From NCBI GenBank assembly GCA_002384855.1, contig DGBP01000020.1, positions 31,687-95,686 of the forward strand: a stretch of 64,000 nucleotides of DNA. Direction: 5' to 3'. Positions 9,235-21,065 of this stretch are shown here, one piece after another. The notes under the pieces are model-generated. The model did no database searches and was not told where the DNA came from. It saw only the letters and a list, made by a program, of their open reading frames with translations. The translations under genes were made by a program, and so were the position numbers. This DNA comes from Nocardioidaceae bacterium UBA4001 (GTDB taxonomy: Bacteria > Actinomycetota > Actinomycetes > Propionibacteriales > Nocardioidaceae). Within the stretch, counting starts at the first letter, position 1; the number at the start of each line of letters is the position of its first letter.

Positions 9235-9693
9235 TCAGTGACCGGGCCGGCGCCAGGGCTCGACCGCACTCCCCCACGCGGGGCGGTCCGTTCGGCCGGC
9301 GAACCGCTCACGCACCCTCGCGAAGCCCATCCACGTCCGCAGCCACACGTAGGCGAGGCCCAGCAGCACGATCGGCCAGATCTCCAGACCCGTGAGCCCG
9401 GCCAGGACGACCAGGAGCAGGAGCACCGGCAGCACGGGAGGCGCCGACCGGCTCCTGCGGCCCTTGGTCGCACCGCGCTGCGCCGCGGGCGGCGTGGCCG
9501 GTCGCAGGGACTGAAGACCAGGTAGGTCGGCGAAGAGCGGCGCCAGGTCCGAGCGGGTCCGCGCCCGCCACGCCACGTCGGCGCGGTCGTCGAACTCCTC
9601 CTTGGTGAGCCGGCCCGCGGCGTAGTGCTCGCCGAGCGCGGTCACCGCGGCATCGCGCTCGAGGTCGCCGATCCGCAGCTCAGGCCGGTTCAC
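9235..9693 (-). CDS. DUF1707 domain membrane protein
   Basis: N-terminal RIGDLERDAAVTALGEHYAAGRLTKEEFDDRADVAWRARTRSDLAPLFADLP followed by two TM helices. GTGA overlap with the padR stop. Confidence 0.8.
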   Translation of the reverse strand: MNRPELRIGDLERDAAVTALGEHYAAGRLTKEEFDDRADVAWRARTRSDLAPLFADLPGLQSLRPATPPAAQRGATKGRRSRSAPPVLPVLLLLVVLAGLTGLEIWPIVLLGLAYVWLRTWMGFARVRERFAGRTDRPAWGSAVEPWRRPGH

Positions 9694-10265
9694 TCCGGCT
9701 CCCCCTCGGCCAGGAGCCCGTAGAGGCGACGCCGGGTGTCGGCGAGGATCTCGGCCGCCTCGGCCTGCTGCTGCCGGTTGCCCGACATCACGATCTGCCA
9801 GACCGCGGCCATCACCTGCCCGATCACCGGCTTGAGCTGGTGGGTCTCGCCCTCGTCGGTGTCGAAGGCCCGCCACGTCGCTGCGAGCTCGTCGGGGTGC
9901 TCGGCGACGTACGCCTGGCCCGCCTCCGTCAACCGCAGCACGCGCTTGCCCTCGTCCTCGGTGCCCTCCACGAGCCCCTCGTCCTCGAGCTGCTGCAGCG
10001 TCGGGTACACCGAGCCGGGGCTGGGTTTCCAGCTGCCCCCGCTGCGCTCGGCGATCTGCTGGATGACCTGGTAGCCGTTCATCGGCTGGGTCGCCAGCAC
10101 GTCGAGGATCGCGGCCCGCACGTCTCCGCGCTTGGCACGTGGCGTCCGCACCTGCGACCCACCCAGACCGAACAGGCCCGCGATCCACGGCGGCGGCCCC
10201 GAGCCCCACGGCCCTCCCGGCCGGTCCGCTCCCGGCCACCCCTGGCCCCATCCGTTGCCGTGCAT
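9690..10265 (-). CDS. PadR-family transcriptional regulator
   Basis: ILDVLATQPMNGYQVIQQIAERSGGSWKPSPGSVYPTLQQLEDEGLV, with a Gly/Trp/Pro-rich N-terminal tail. ATG at 10265. Confidence 0.88.
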   Translation of the reverse strand: MHGNGWGQGWPGADRPGGPWGSGPPPWIAGLFGLGGSQVRTPRAKRGDVRAAILDVLATQPMNGYQVIQQIAERSGGSWKPSPGSVYPTLQQLEDEGLVEGTEDEGKRVLRLTEAGQAYVAEHPDELAATWRAFDTDEGETHQLKPVIGQVMAAVWQIVMSGNRQQQAEAAEILADTRRRLYGLLAEGEPE

Positions 10266-10327
10266 CCGCGTCTCCCTCCGCTCGTTCCCCGGTCCGACCA
10301 GGCCCCAAGGGCGAGTCGGTGCGACAT

Positions 10328-10347
10328 GTCGACGATATATCGCCGAC
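10328..10347. promoter_or_regulatory. AT-rich near-palindrome, candidate operator / -10 region upstream of padR
   Basis: gtcgaCGATATATCGccgac has a 10-bp perfect palindromic core in an otherwise G+C-rich spacer. It lies 63-82 nt upstream of the padR ATG. The adjacent CGACATGTCG is also palindromic. Confidence 0.35.
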
Positions 10348-10480
10348 AGTCGCCGTTCCAGACTCTGCACGCGCTCGTCCAGACGCCGCCCGGTGTGTGT
10401 CGGGCGCCATCGACGGTCGGCCCGTCGTCCCGGCGCGTCGCAGGCGGGCAGTCGCGGGCGCGGCTCTAGCGTGGGGGGCT

Positions 10481-11326
10481 ATGTCCTTCGACCGCTACGG
10501 CTCCGACGTGCTCAACACCGACTGGCGTGCCCCCCGGCGCGGAAGGTCGGTCGAGATCGAGGCGGACAAGGGCCTGGTCGTCGAGGAGGTCACCACCGAC
10601 TGGTGCGGTGAGATCGTCGCCGTCGACCGGGACCTCATGACGGTCACGCTCGAGGACCGACGCCGCAAGCGTCGTACGTTTCCCCTAGGCCCCGGCTTCC
10701 TGCTCGAGGGCGTGCCGGTGATCCTCAAGCCGCCCACCCGCAAGGGCCCGGCGCGCAAGACCCACACCGCGTCGGGCTCGATCGCCGTGCCCGGGACCAA
10801 GGCCCGGGTCGCCCGGGCGAGCCGGATCTTCGTCGAGGGCCGTCACGACGCCGAGCTGGTCGAGAAGGTCTGGGGTGACGACCTGCGCGTCGAGGGCGTC
10901 GTCGTGGAGTACATCGAGGGCGTCGACGACCTCGCCGAACAGCTGCGCGACTTCCGGCCCGGCCCGGAGCGCAAGGTCGGCATGCTCGTCGACCACCTCG
11001 TGGCGGGTTCCAAGGAGAGCCGGATCGCGCAGTCGGTCGCCAAGAGCCCGGTCGGCAGGCACGTCTTGATCGTGGGCCACCCGTTCGTCGACATCTGGCA
11101 GGCCGTCAAGCCCGACCGTCTCGGCATGGACAAGTGGCCGGCGATCCCCCGCAACGTGGAGTGGAAGCGGGGCGTGTGCCAGAGCCTCGGCTGGCCACAC
11201 CGTGACCAGGCCGACATCGCGCGGGCGTGGAAGCACATCCTGTCGAAAGTTCAGTCGTACGCCGACCTCGAGCCTGCCCTCCTGGGTAGGGTCGAGGAGC
11301 TGATCGACTTCGTCACCGTCGACTGA
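10481..11326 (+). CDS. DUF3097 domain-containing protein
   Basis: DRYGSDVL..., TVTLEDRRRKRRTFPLGPGFLLEG, ARVARASRIFVEGRHDAELVEKVWGDDLRVEGVVVE and LVDHLVAGSKESRIA are typical of this conserved actinobacterial family. Confidence 0.8.
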   Translation: MSFDRYGSDVLNTDWRAPRRGRSVEIEADKGLVVEEVTTDWCGEIVAVDRDLMTVTLEDRRRKRRTFPLGPGFLLEGVPVILKPPTRKGPARKTHTASGSIAVPGTKARVARASRIFVEGRHDAELVEKVWGDDLRVEGVVVEYIEGVDDLAEQLRDFRPGPERKVGMLVDHLVAGSKESRIAQSVAKSPVGRHVLIVGHPFVDIWQAVKPDRLGMDKWPAIPRNVEWKRGVCQSLGWPHRDQADIARAWKHILSKVQSYADLEPALLGRVEELIDFVTVD

Positions 11327-11335
11327 GGAGAGGCC

Positions 11336-11740
11336 ATGTCCATGCCACCGACCCCACCCCCACCGGGTGGCGGGTACCACTCGGGTCCGGGCGCGCCGGC
11401 AGGACCGACCCCGGACGAGCGCAACTGGGCGCTGGCAGCACACATCGGCTCCCTCGTGGCCGCCTGGTTCGCGATGGGTTTCATCGCCCCGCTGCTCGTG
11501 CTGCTGATCAAGGGCAAGGACTCCCCCTTCGTGCGCCGGCACGCGGTGGAGTCGCTGAACTTCCAGATCTCGCTGCTGATCTACCTGGTCGCCACCGCGA
11601 TCCTGTGGCTGATCGTGATCGGCATCTTCCTGACGATCGCGGTCGGCATCTTCGCCCTGGTCGTGATCATCATGGCCACCATGGCTGCCTCGAACGGTCA
11701 GGACTACCGCTATCCCCTGAACATCCGCATCATCACCTGA
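11336..11740 (+). CDS. DUF4870 domain membrane protein
   Basis: ERNWALAAHIGS...KGKDSPFVRRHAVESLNFQISLLIY with three hydrophobic helices. GAGGAGAGG lies upstream of the ATG. Confidence 0.8.
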   Translation: MSMPPTPPPPGGGYHSGPGAPAGPTPDERNWALAAHIGSLVAAWFAMGFIAPLLVLLIKGKDSPFVRRHAVESLNFQISLLIYLVATAILWLIVIGIFLTIAVGIFALVVIIMATMAASNGQDYRYPLNIRIIT

Positions 11741-11770
11741 CCGCCGACCCGGCTCTTGCACAACCCGTAT

Positions 11771-11791
11771 GGGGTCACGGTTGTTGACCCC
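11771..11791. terminator. Candidate bidirectional terminator hairpin between convergent genes
   Basis: GGGGTCA-cggttgt-TGACCCC, a 7-bp perfect stem, lies between the DUF4870 stop and the hemW stop. No clear U tract. Confidence 0.3.
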
Positions 11792-11859
11792 TGAACGCGA
11801 TCCCACCTGCACACACGCCGGGTCAGCTGGATCTGACCTCCACCCACGCCGGGTCGCGG

Positions 11860-13080
11860 TCAGGGCAGGAGCGCCCGAACGACTGCGTCGGCCAGCAGAC
11901 GTCCCCGCAGGGTGAGCACGACCCGCTCCCGGGCGAGCGCCTCGGCCGAGACGACGCCGTCCGCGACCTGAGCCGGCAATGCCGCACGTCCAGCCTCGTC
12001 GAGCACGCCGACCGGCACCCCCTCACGCAGGCGGACACGCAGCAGCACGTCCTCGACGCGCCGGGTCTCCGCGTCGAGCACCTCACGACCGTGGGCGGGA
12101 CTGACCCCCTCGGCGAGCCGGGAGGCGTAGGCCGCCGGGTGCTTGACGTTCCACCACCGCACGCCGCCGACGTGGGAGTGCGCACCCGGACCGACCCCCC
12201 ACCAGTCGGCGCCGGTCCAGTACAGCTCGTTGTGGGCACACCGGGTCGTGTCCGACCGGGCCCAGTTGGAGACCTCGTACCACCCCAGGCCGGCCTGCTC
12301 GAGCACCTCGTCGGCGAGGAGGTACTTGTCGGCCAGGTCGTCGTCGTCCGGCACCGGCACCTCGCCGCGGCGCATCCGCCGGGCGAGCGCGGTGCCTTCC
12401 TCCACGATCAGGGCGTACGCCGACAGGTGGTCCGGCGCGCTTGCCAGCGCACTGTCGAGAGAGGCCCTCCAGTCCTCGAGGCTCTCCCCCGGCGTGCCGT
12501 AGATCAGGTCGAGGCTCACCTCGTCGAAACCCGCCTCACGCGCCCACGCGACCACGTCGGGCACCCGGCGCGGGTCGTGGGTCCGGTCGAGCACCTCGAG
12601 CACGTGCGGCACGGCCGACTGCATACCGAACGAGATCCGGTTGATGCCGCCCTCGCGCAGCACGGCGAGCTCGGCGGGACCGACGCTGTCGGGGTTGGAC
12701 TCCGTGGTGACCTCCGCGCCGTCGGCGAGGCCGAACTCCTCGTCGACCACCGCGACGATCCGGGTCAGGTCCTGCGGCGGGAGGATCGTCGGCGTACCCC
12801 CACCGAAGAAGACCGTCGACACCGGTACGCCGCGCTCGCCGAGGACCTTGCGGGCCAGGCGGATCTCCTCGACCGCGTCGTCGGCGTACGACGCCCGCGA
12901 CGCCCCGCCACCGAGCTCGGAGGCGGTGTAGGTGTTGAAGTCGCAGTAGCCGCACCGCACCCGGCAGAACGGGACGTGGACGTAGAGGCCGAAGGGGCGC
13001 TCGCCGAGCGAGGCGAGGGCGGGGCCGGGAAGGGCGCCGTCGGGCGGGGCGGGATCCCCGTCGGGGAGGGCGGAGGGCAC
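11860..13080 (-). CDS. hemW: Radical SAM heme chaperone HemW (coproporphyrinogen-III-oxidase-like)
   Basis: LYVHVPFCRVRCGYCDFNT (CxxxCxxC radical SAM motif). Length and C-terminal HemN_C-like region fit. It sits next to lepA as in many bacteria. Confidence 0.9.
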   Translation of the reverse strand: MPSALPDGDPAPPDGALPGPALASLGERPFGLYVHVPFCRVRCGYCDFNTYTASELGGGASRASYADDAVEEIRLARKVLGERGVPVSTVFFGGGTPTILPPQDLTRIVAVVDEEFGLADGAEVTTESNPDSVGPAELAVLREGGINRISFGMQSAVPHVLEVLDRTHDPRRVPDVVAWAREAGFDEVSLDLIYGTPGESLEDWRASLDSALASAPDHLSAYALIVEEGTALARRMRRGEVPVPDDDDLADKYLLADEVLEQAGLGWYEVSNWARSDTTRCAHNELYWTGADWWGVGPGAHSHVGGVRWWNVKHPAAYASRLAEGVSPAHGREVLDAETRRVEDVLLRVRLREGVPVGVLDEAGRAALPAQVADGVVSAEALARERVVLTLRGRLLADAVVRALLP

Positions 13081-13183
13081 TGGTCCATGCTAGGCAACCC
13101 CGCCAACGCGCCCGGGACGACGCCCGGGCACGACGAAGGCGCCGCCCCATCGGGGAGCGGCGCCTTCGGCCGTGCGCGGAGGA

Positions 13184-15013
13184 TCAGTCGCGGTAGAGCG
13201 CGTCGATCTGCTCCTTGTAGTTCTCCTCGACGGCCTTGCGCTTGACCTTCATCGACGGGGTCAGCTCCCCGGACTCGATGCTGAGGTCCCGCTCGAGGAC
13301 GAGGAACTTCTTGATCGTCTCCCAGCGGTTGAGGCGGCTGTTGAGCTCGTCGACGTACCCGGCCACCATCGCGCGGGCCTTGTCCGAGGTGACGATCTCC
13401 TCGTACGACGCACCCTCCATGCCGTTCTGGGCCGCCCAGCCGGCGATGCCGTCGGGGTCGAGGGTGATCAGCGCGACGCAGTAGTTGCGGTCGTTGCCGT
13501 GCACCAGGAACTGGCTGGCGTAGGGGCAGATCGCCTTGAACTGCGACTCGATCTGGGACGGCGCGATGTACTTGCCGCCCGAGGTCTTGAACAGGTCCTT
13601 CTTGCGGTCGGTGATCTTGAGGTAGCCATCCTGGTCGAGCTCACCGATGTCACCGGTGTGCAGCCAGCCGTCCCCGAGCGCCTCGGCGGTCTCCTCGGGG
13701 CGGTTGTGGTAGCCCTCCATGACGCCGGGGCCCTTGATCAGCACCTCACCGTCCTCGGCGATCTTCACCTCGCTGCCGGGCAACACCGGGCCGACGGTGC
13801 CGAACTTGTTGCGCGACGGACGGTTCACGAACGAGCCCGCCGAGGTCTCGGTGAGGCCGTAGCCCTCGAGGATCTGGATGCCGGCGGCGTTGAACCACTC
13901 GGCCACCTCGCGGTTCAGCGCGGCCGCGCCCGAGATGAAGAACCGGACCCGGCCACCGAAGCGCTCGCGGATCTTGGAGAAGACCAGCTTGTCGAACAGC
14001 CCGTGCTGCTTGGCGAGCAGGAAGGGCACCGGCTTGCCCTCGCGCTTGAGCCGGTCGACCTCGAGGCCCACCTGGAAGGCCTTGTTGAAGATCTTCTCCT
14101 TCAGGCCGCCCTCGGCCTTCTGCATGAGGACGATCCGGTCGTGCGCCTTCTCGAAGATCCGGGGGGCAGCGCCCATGAAGGTCGGCCGGACGATCCCGGT
14201 GTTCTCCACGATCTTCTCGACGCGACCGTCGACGGCGGTGGCGAACCCGATCGCCAGCTGGGTGGAGAGCAGCACCTTGCCGAACGAGTGCGCCATCGGC
14301 AGCCAGAGGAACTGCAGGTCGTCCTCGGTCAGGATGCCCAGCGCCTGGATGGCCGCGCCCTCGTAGGTCCACGACGAGTGGCGCAGCCGCACGCCCTTCG
14401 GGCGGCCGGTCGTGCCCGAGGTGTAGATCAGGGTGGCCAGCGCGTCGGGCCGGGTCTCGGCGACCCGCTTCTCGACCACGTCGGGCTCCTCGGCCAGGAG
14501 CTCCTCGCCGAGGCGCTCCAGGTCGTCGAGCCCGATGATCCAGTCGCCGTCGGTCCGGCCGTCGAACACGACCACCTTGGACAGGTGCGGCAGCTCGCTG
14601 CGGTGCGCAGCGACCTTGGCTACCTGCTCGTCGTCCTCGGCGAAGACCACCCGGCACTCGGAGTCGGCGAGGATGTAGGCCACGTCGTCGTCGATGGTCG
14701 ACGGGTAGACGGTGGTCGTGGCGGCACCGGCGGACATGATCGACAGGTCCGCGAGGATCCACTCGAAGCGGGTGGCGGAGGCGATCGCGATGCGTTGCTG
14801 AGGCTCGACACCGAGGGCCACGAGACCCGCGGCGACTCGGGTGACTCGGTCGCCGGTCTCCTTCCAGGTGACCGACACCCACTCGTCACCCTGAGGGAAC
14901 CGGTAGGCCTCTCGGTTCGGGCTCTTCTCCACGCGGTCGAAGAACTGACGACCGACGTTGGGGGGACGGTTCTCGATCACGCTGAGGTCTTGACTGACCG
15001 TGCTCTGCGACAT
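13184..15013 (-). CDS. Long-chain fatty acid-CoA ligase (AMP-dependent synthetase, FadD15-like)
   Basis: AMP-binding motif LIYTSGTTGRPKGV, later YGLTETS and GWLHTGDIG..D.DGYL.I.DRKKD. Confidence 0.9.
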   Translation of the reverse strand: MSQSTVSQDLSVIENRPPNVGRQFFDRVEKSPNREAYRFPQGDEWVSVTWKETGDRVTRVAAGLVALGVEPQQRIAIASATRFEWILADLSIMSAGAATTTVYPSTIDDDVAYILADSECRVVFAEDDEQVAKVAAHRSELPHLSKVVVFDGRTDGDWIIGLDDLERLGEELLAEEPDVVEKRVAETRPDALATLIYTSGTTGRPKGVRLRHSSWTYEGAAIQALGILTEDDLQFLWLPMAHSFGKVLLSTQLAIGFATAVDGRVEKIVENTGIVRPTFMGAAPRIFEKAHDRIVLMQKAEGGLKEKIFNKAFQVGLEVDRLKREGKPVPFLLAKQHGLFDKLVFSKIRERFGGRVRFFISGAAALNREVAEWFNAAGIQILEGYGLTETSAGSFVNRPSRNKFGTVGPVLPGSEVKIAEDGEVLIKGPGVMEGYHNRPEETAEALGDGWLHTGDIGELDQDGYLKITDRKKDLFKTSGGKYIAPSQIESQFKAICPYASQFLVHGNDRNYCVALITLDPDGIAGWAAQNGMEGASYEEIVTSDKARAMVAGYVDELNSRLNRWETIKKFLVLERDLSIESGELTPSMKVKRKAVEENYKEQIDALYRD

Positions 15014-15231
15014 CGCTCTCCCTGTTCGGACCTACGCGACGCACCGGGCGCCGGCAGGGGGTGTTCACGTGTTGCGACACAACGTAGAACAGATGGCTAC
15101 TTCGCGGTAGGTTTCGCGCGCCCAATGGGATGGTTTCGCAACACACCAGTCCTGGGCTTTACCTTGGAGCGGCCCCGTCGGCCCGATTCGCGTGCAGACA
15201 GCAACCGTCTCGGTTCTCCCTGGCGACACCC

Positions 15232-16434
15232 TCAGGGCAGGTTGACGTAGCCGTTCCGCGACTTCCACAGGAAGTACTTCTCGAACCCGAGCTTCATCAG
15301 GTGCGCCTGCGGCCCGGGGATCAGCACGCCGTGCTTGCGCGGCGGCAGCATCTTGTCGGCGAGGATGATGACACCGTTGTTGCCGGCGTCCATCACGCAC
15401 ACCGCCTTGATGTCGCCGAAGCCCTTCGACTCGTGCGGCTCCTCCCCCCGGACCTGCGCGGCGATGTTGCTCGCGGCGGTGTGGGCCATCACCTCGGTGG
15501 GGAATCCGGTCTTGGGGATGCCGACGGGCGTGGGGGTCTGCCAGGGTACGTCGACCGCGGCGGCCACCCCAACGGCGTACACGTCGTCGTGGCCCACCGT
15601 CTGGTAGGTGTCGCGCACGTTGACGTAGCCCTTCTCGTCGGCGATCCCGTCGACCTCCTTGAGGAAGTCCTGGCCGAGGAAGGGCGGCACCACCATGCTG
15701 AAGGCGAACGGCAGCTGCTCCCCGTCACCGAGCACCATGGCGCCGTCGTCGATGTGGTCGATCGCGACGTTGATCCGCGACTCGATGCCCTCCTTCTTCA
15801 GGAAGGCGCCGAGCAGCTGCTCGCCGTGTGGCAGCCCGCCGATGCCGAAGTGGCCGAGGAACGGCTCGGAGGTGACGTAGGTGAGCCTCACGTCCTTGTG
15901 CAGGCCGTTCTTGCGCAGGTGGTAGGCGGTGTTGAAGAGGAACTCGTACGCCGCACCGAAGCAGCCCGCGCTCTGCGAGGCGGCGATGACGATGTCGCCG
16001 GGCTTCTCGAGGTAGCGCTTCCACGCCACGTGCGCCCGCTCGGCCTCCTCGAGGGTGGTGATGGTGACGGCGTTCTCCTTGAAGCCGGGAACCACGTCGT
16101 CCTTGTTGTGGTAGCCGGTGGCGATGACGAGGTAGTCGTAGCCGACTGTCTGGCCGCTGCCGTGGCTGACGGTCTTCGCCTCGAGGTTGATCCCGGTCGC
16201 CGCGGCGTGCACGAAGTCCACGTCGTGGGACTCGAAGGTAGGAGCCACCGGGAAGGTGATGTCCTCGCGCTCCCGCCGTCCGAACGGCAGCCAGATCAGG
16301 CTCGGGTTGAACAGGAAGTGGTCACCGGCGGAGACGACCGTGACGTCGACGTCGCCCTCGAGCTCGTGCTTGACCGCGAGCGCGGCGGTGAGCCCGCCGA
16401 AGTTCGATCCGAGGACGACGACCTTCTTGCGCAT
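15232..16434 (-). CDS. NAD(P)/FAD-dependent oxidoreductase, sulfide:quinone oxidoreductase-like
   Basis: N-terminal Rossmann motif KKVVVLGSNFGGL. Conserved Cys contexts QSAGCFGAAYE and IKAVCVMDAGN resemble the SQR redox cysteines. Confidence 0.75.
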   Translation of the reverse strand: MRKKVVVLGSNFGGLTAALAVKHELEGDVDVTVVSAGDHFLFNPSLIWLPFGRREREDITFPVAPTFESHDVDFVHAAATGINLEAKTVSHGSGQTVGYDYLVIATGYHNKDDVVPGFKENAVTITTLEEAERAHVAWKRYLEKPGDIVIAASQSAGCFGAAYEFLFNTAYHLRKNGLHKDVRLTYVTSEPFLGHFGIGGLPHGEQLLGAFLKKEGIESRINVAIDHIDDGAMVLGDGEQLPFAFSMVVPPFLGQDFLKEVDGIADEKGYVNVRDTYQTVGHDDVYAVGVAAAVDVPWQTPTPVGIPKTGFPTEVMAHTAASNIAAQVRGEEPHESKGFGDIKAVCVMDAGNNGVIILADKMLPPRKHGVLIPGPQAHLMKLGFEKYFLWKSRNGYVNLP

Positions 16435-16495
16435 CAGTGCCTCCTGGCGTCCCGGACGACCCCGTCCGAGGGCTCCCTGCCTCTCGGCCACTCTG

Positions 16496-17452
16496 TCAGC
16501 CCTGCACGGCTTTGGCCACCGTCACCATGGTCGTGATCCAGTCCCGTTCACGGGCCGTCAGTGACCGGCCGGCACGCTGGGCGTCGGCCACGCTCCACGA
16601 GGCGTCGTGCAGCGCCCGGACCACGACCCAGTCCCGGGCGCGGGGTTCGTCGAGCCCGGCCGTGTCGACGACGGTGTGGAACCTCAGACGTACGGCGTCC
16701 CGCACACCGCCGGCGGCGACCACCTCGTCCCACCGGTTCCACAGCAGCGGCGCGACCTCGTAGTGCGGGTCGCCCGACATCGGCTTGGGGTCGATCACCA
16801 GCCACGGCTCGCGCTCGGCGGCCAGCACGTTCTCGTAGTGCAGGTCGCCATGGATCATCGTGCCGGTGGAGGTTTCGTCGGTGACGAAGGACCGGGCCAG
16901 GGCGATGGCCTGCTCGACCAGGCGTCGCGGCATCGGAGCGTCCCTCGCCATCTCGGCGAGACCGTCGTTCCAGCGCTCGACGTACGCCGTCAGCGACCGC
17001 AGCTGGGGAGGCGCCGGCACGTGGAGACGACCGTAGAGACCGGCGACGACCTCGCACGCCTCGACGTCCCCCAGGGCGCCGAGGTCCTCGGGGTGCAGGC
17101 GCTCGAGCAGCATCGCCCGGCGCCGCGGGTCCGCCCGGACCAGGCGCACGGCGCCGTTCCCGGCCCACCGCTGGAGCGCGAGGTGCTCGTGCTCGCTCTC
17201 GTCGTCGGGCAGGGCTACCTTGAGGACGACGGGCCGCCCCGACGAGGTACGCACCGGCACGACCAGGCTGCAGAAGCCGTGCATCGGGTCGCCGTCGACC
17301 GACAGCGACCACTCGTCGAGAGCGTCGGCCGTCGTGCGCGGCAGGGAGGTCAGCCACGCCTCCCACTCGGGGCCCAGCCGGGACTGCGCGGCGAGACCGG
17401 CCGGGATCTCGAACGGCAGCACGCCCCGAGCGTACGCGGCGCGGCCGATCAC
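16496..17452 (-). CDS. Aminoglycoside phosphotransferase family protein (APH(6)/StrB-like)
   Basis: Kinase-like catalytic loop IHGDLHYENVL followed by VIDPKP..GDP.YE. Overall architecture resembles streptomycin 6-kinase-like proteins. GTG start. Confidence 0.8.
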   Translation of the reverse strand: MIGRAAYARGVLPFEIPAGLAAQSRLGPEWEAWLTSLPRTTADALDEWSLSVDGDPMHGFCSLVVPVRTSSGRPVVLKVALPDDESEHEHLALQRWAGNGAVRLVRADPRRRAMLLERLHPEDLGALGDVEACEVVAGLYGRLHVPAPPQLRSLTAYVERWNDGLAEMARDAPMPRRLVEQAIALARSFVTDETSTGTMIHGDLHYENVLAAEREPWLVIDPKPMSGDPHYEVAPLLWNRWDEVVAAGGVRDAVRLRFHTVVDTAGLDEPRARDWVVVRALHDASWSVADAQRAGRSLTARERDWITTMVTVAKAVQG

Positions 17453-17562
17453 GAGGGTACGCAGGAAACCTGTTACCTCCGCCGGCGATCCCGCCGTGGG
17501 AAGGAACAGGTCACCATGGGAGGTCGTGGCCCGACTCCGGACTCAGAGCGCGCCCTGGTCGG

Positions 17563-19446
<1,884 letters not shown>

Positions 19447-19569
19447 GAACGACTTTCCGTTGCTGGGACGAGGTGCGGAACCGCCATTGTTCCACGGCGT
19501 CGGAGCGCCCAAGGACACGCCGGGAATCCGGTCGTCCGAACCGCCCGGCGCCGTACACAATGGGGCCGC

Positions 19570-20529
19570 ATGAGCCCGATCGTCTCGAGGACCCCCACCC
19601 TGGGGAGCCCGATCCCGCACGGCCGGACCGCCCGCCGGGTCGAGTGGCCGCTGCTCCCGCCGGCGCTCCGGGCCACGATCGAGCGCCGGATCGGCTCGCG
19701 CGTGGTCTCTGCCGACAGCGCAGGTCCGGGGTTCACGCCCGGTTTCGCCTCGGTGCTGACCTGCGCCGACGGGTCGAGGCACTTCGTGAAGGCGGCGAGC
19801 AAGAAGGCCCAGCGGATGTTCGCAGACGCCTACCGCGAGGAGGTCCGCAAGCTGGAGGCGCTGCCCGCGGGCCTGCCCGTGCCCCGGCTGCTGTGGGCAC
19901 TCGAGGACGACCTGTGGGTGGTGCTGGAGACGGAGTACGTCGCCGGCGAGATGCCCCCGAGACCGTGGGCCCCGGACGCGCTGGACGCCTGCCTCGACGC
20001 GCTCGAGGTGGTCGCCGACCGGCTGACTCCTCCGCCGATGCCGCTGCGCCCCTTCGTCGAGGAGTTCGAGGAGTTCGTCGCGAGCTGGGACCACGTCCGC
20101 CGCGCGACCCCCGACCTGCCGCACCTGGCCGAGGCCGAGGAGCTCGCCTCGGGGTTCCGCGAGGCCACGGCCGGGCAGACCCTCGTCCACACCGACGCAC
20201 GCGACGACAACTTCCTGCTGACCGCGGACGGGGCCCTGCTGTGCGACTGGAACTGGCCGGTCGCGGGGGCGGCCTGGATCGACACCGTCGGGCTGCTGAT
20301 CTCGGCGCGTGGGGACGGGGTCGACGCCGACGACCTGCTGGCGCGCCGCCGACTGACCCGGGACGTCCCCACCGACCACATCGACAGCTACCTCGCGCTG
20401 TTGGCGGGATACTTCATGGAGCGGCGCGAGCAGCCCGTGCCCAACTCCTCGCCCTACCTGCGCGTGCACCAGGACTGGTACGCCCGTGCGACCTGGGCCT
20501 GGCTGTCGGAACGGCGCGGCTGGACCTGA
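19570..20529 (+). CDS. Phosphotransferase (APH / protein-kinase-like fold) family protein
   Basis: Catalytic loop [13 protein letters not shown] and downstream LCDWNW (DxD-like) motif. 319 aa. Confidence 0.7.
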   Translation: MSPIVSRTPTLGSPIPHGRTARRVEWPLLPPALRATIERRIGSRVVSADSAGPGFTPGFASVLTCADGSRHFVKAASKKAQRMFADAYREEVRKLEALPAGLPVPRLLWALEDDLWVVLETEYVAGEMPPRPWAPDALDACLDALEVVADRLTPPPMPLRPFVEEFEEFVASWDHVRRATPDLPHLAEAEELASGFREATAGQTLVHTDARDDNFLLTADGALLCDWNWPVAGAAWIDTVGLLISARGDGVDADDLLARRRLTRDVPTDHIDSYLALLAGYFMERREQPVPNSSPYLRVHQDWYARATWAWLSERRGWT

Positions 20530-20553
20530 GGCTCCCGGGCCGCCGCGCTCGAT

Positions 20554-20583
20554 TTGAGGCTGCCGCTCGGCCGCTGGTATCGT
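20554..20583 (+). promoter_or_regulatory. Candidate housekeeping-sigma promoter of rpsT
   Basis: TTGAGG (20554-20559), 18-nt spacer, TATCGT (20578-20583). About 80 nt upstream of the rpsT GTG. Confidence 0.5.
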
Positions 20584-20662
20584 TGCCCCTCGCGTGTCCG
20601 GCCGGTCCAGGCTGCGCGCACACAGACCAACACCGCACCAGACCAGACGAGGCGCAAACCTA

Positions 20663-20923
20663 GTGGCGAACATCAAGTCCCAGATCAAGCGCAACCGCCA
20701 GAACGAGGCCGCGCACGAGCGCAACAAGGCCGTGAAGTCGGCGGTCAAGTCGGCCATCCGCAAGTTCCGCGAGGCCGCTCAGGCTGGTGACGTCGAGAAG
20801 GCCCAGGAGCTGGCCAAGGTTGCCGGCAAGAAGCTCGACAAGGCCGCCTCCAAGGGCGTCATCCACAAGAACCAGGCTGCCAACAAGAAGTCGGCCATCG
20901 CCAAGAAGGCCGCCTCTCTCTGA
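20663..20923 (+). CDS. rpsT: 30S ribosomal protein S20
   Basis: (V)[34 protein letters not shown]... is typical S20. GTG start at 20663. Confidence 0.95.
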   Translation: MANIKSQIKRNRQNEAAHERNKAVKSAVKSAIRKFREAAQAGDVEKAQELAKVAGKKLDKAASKGVIHKNQAANKKSAIAKKAASL

Positions 20924-20967
20924 GGCATCAGCCGGGGCTCCGCGACCGAGCGGAGACCGGCCGTGCA

Positions 20968-20996
20968 GGCGCCGTCCCGTCGGGGCGGCGCCTTTC
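20968..20996 (+). terminator. Intrinsic terminator of rpsT
   Basis: GGCGCCGTCCC-gtc-GGGGCGGCGCC (11-bp stem including one G-U pair) followed by TTTCT. Confidence 0.65.
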
Positions 20997-21065
20997 TGCG
21001 CGCCCGGCGGGAGACATGATCCGGCCGTGAGGCACCCCTGACCGGTGATCCCCGTCCCAGGAGGG

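Noticed and set aside
13172-15250. 692-aa plus-strand ORF
   Set aside because: It is antisense to the acyl-CoA ligase gene, which carries unambiguous AMP-binding motifs. Its translation is featureless and rich in L/D/R/G/V/E.
19447-20763. N-terminal 440-residue extension of the lepA ORF (the 1066-aa version)
   Set aside because: LepA homology starts at VSKSSAPS…[15 protein letters not shown]. The upstream part is antisense to the phosphotransferase and rpsT genes and is Arg/Gly/Pro-rich.
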